Assembly: GCA_963706575.1 (NCBI GenBank)
Contig: CAVPNL010000006.1
Location: forward strand, 768,001-832,000
Source of the DNA: an uncultured delta proteobacterium
Lineage (GTDB): Bacteria; Desulfobacterota; Desulfobacteria; Desulfobacterales; JAHEIW01
DNA length: 64,000 nt
Reading direction: 5' to 3'
Made by a program: the position numbers and the translations under genes. Of the stretch, positions 63,591 to 64,000 are shown piece by piece. Below the pieces are notes generated by a model. The model was not told the origin of the DNA and did not search any database. It saw only the letters and a program-made list of their open reading frames with translations. Positions within the stretch are counted from its first letter, which is position 1; each line of letters begins with the position of its first letter.

Positions 63591-64000
63591 ATGGCTAAGA
63601 CGCTTGAAGCTCATTTAAGTGCAAAAGGTAAAAAGTTTGCGATTGTGGTGAGCCGATTTAATGATTTTATTACCGACAAACTTTTAAGTGGCGCCCTGGA
63701 CGCCCTGGTGCGCTCCGGCGCTAAAGACAGTGACATCCAGGTTGTCAAGGTACCCGGCTCATTTGAGATTCCATTAGTCGCCAAAAAAATAGCAAAAAAG
63801 AAAGGGCTGGGCGCTATTATTTGCCTGGGTGCGATTATCCGCGGCGCAACCCCCCATTTTGATTATGTCAGTGCCGAGGTATCCAAGGGTATTGCCCAGG
63901 TCAGCCTGGAATCTGAAGTGCCGATTATTTTTGGCGTCATCACCACCGATACCATCGAGCAGGCCATCGAACGCGCCGGTACCAAAGCCGGCAACAAAGG
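63591..64000 (+). CDS. ribH: 6,7-dimethyl-8-ribityllumazine synthase (3'-truncated by window edge)
   Basis: Manual translation: [10 protein letters not shown]...VPGSFEIP...[11 protein letters not shown]...[14 protein letters not shown]. Confidence 0.95.
   Translation, partial: MAKTLEAHLSAKGKKFAIVVSRFNDFITDKLLSGALDALVRSGAKDSDIQVVKVPGSFEIPLVAKKIAKKKGLGAIICLGAIIRGATPHFDYVSAEVSKGIAQVSLESEVPIIFGVITTDTIEQAIERAGTKAGNK

Overview
This 64-kb window looks like chromosome from a Desulfobacterota (Desulfobacterales-like) bacterium, inferred from gene content, gene order and repeat style. Several single-base indels in housekeeping genes suggest an imperfect long-read assembly. Left to right it holds: (1) an uncharacterised membrane system with a LolD/MacB-type ATPase, a 1,600-aa PA/M28-like-FtsX permease fusion with degenerate catalytic motifs, two OPT-like membrane proteins, two hypotheticals and a stand-alone PqqD/RRE protein, interrupted by MITEs and a B12-radical SAM gene bracketed by ~110-bp inverted repeats; (2) an ABC exporter-cNMP-RsbW-STAS operon; (3) queA-tgt; (4) a methylmalonyl-CoA/transcarboxylase-like cluster with sucCD and hypAB; (5) nifU-nifS, a MEMO1-family gene, a candidate ~310-nt structured ncRNA and glnS; (6) an accessory block (Omp85-like, GDPD, AsmA-like) and an AT-rich island at tRNA-Gln(CTG), bounded by two copies of a 'tRNA 3' end + hairpin leader + GIY-YIG' module and carrying an ODP-like MBL-PP2C fusion; (7) gltX, rpmF, an acyl-CoA dehydrogenase, fabG-acpP-fabF, a dCMP deaminase, nrdR and the rib operon. 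Many intergenic regions carry 7- or 9-nt periodic inverted-repeat elements. No CRISPR array or rRNA was seen.
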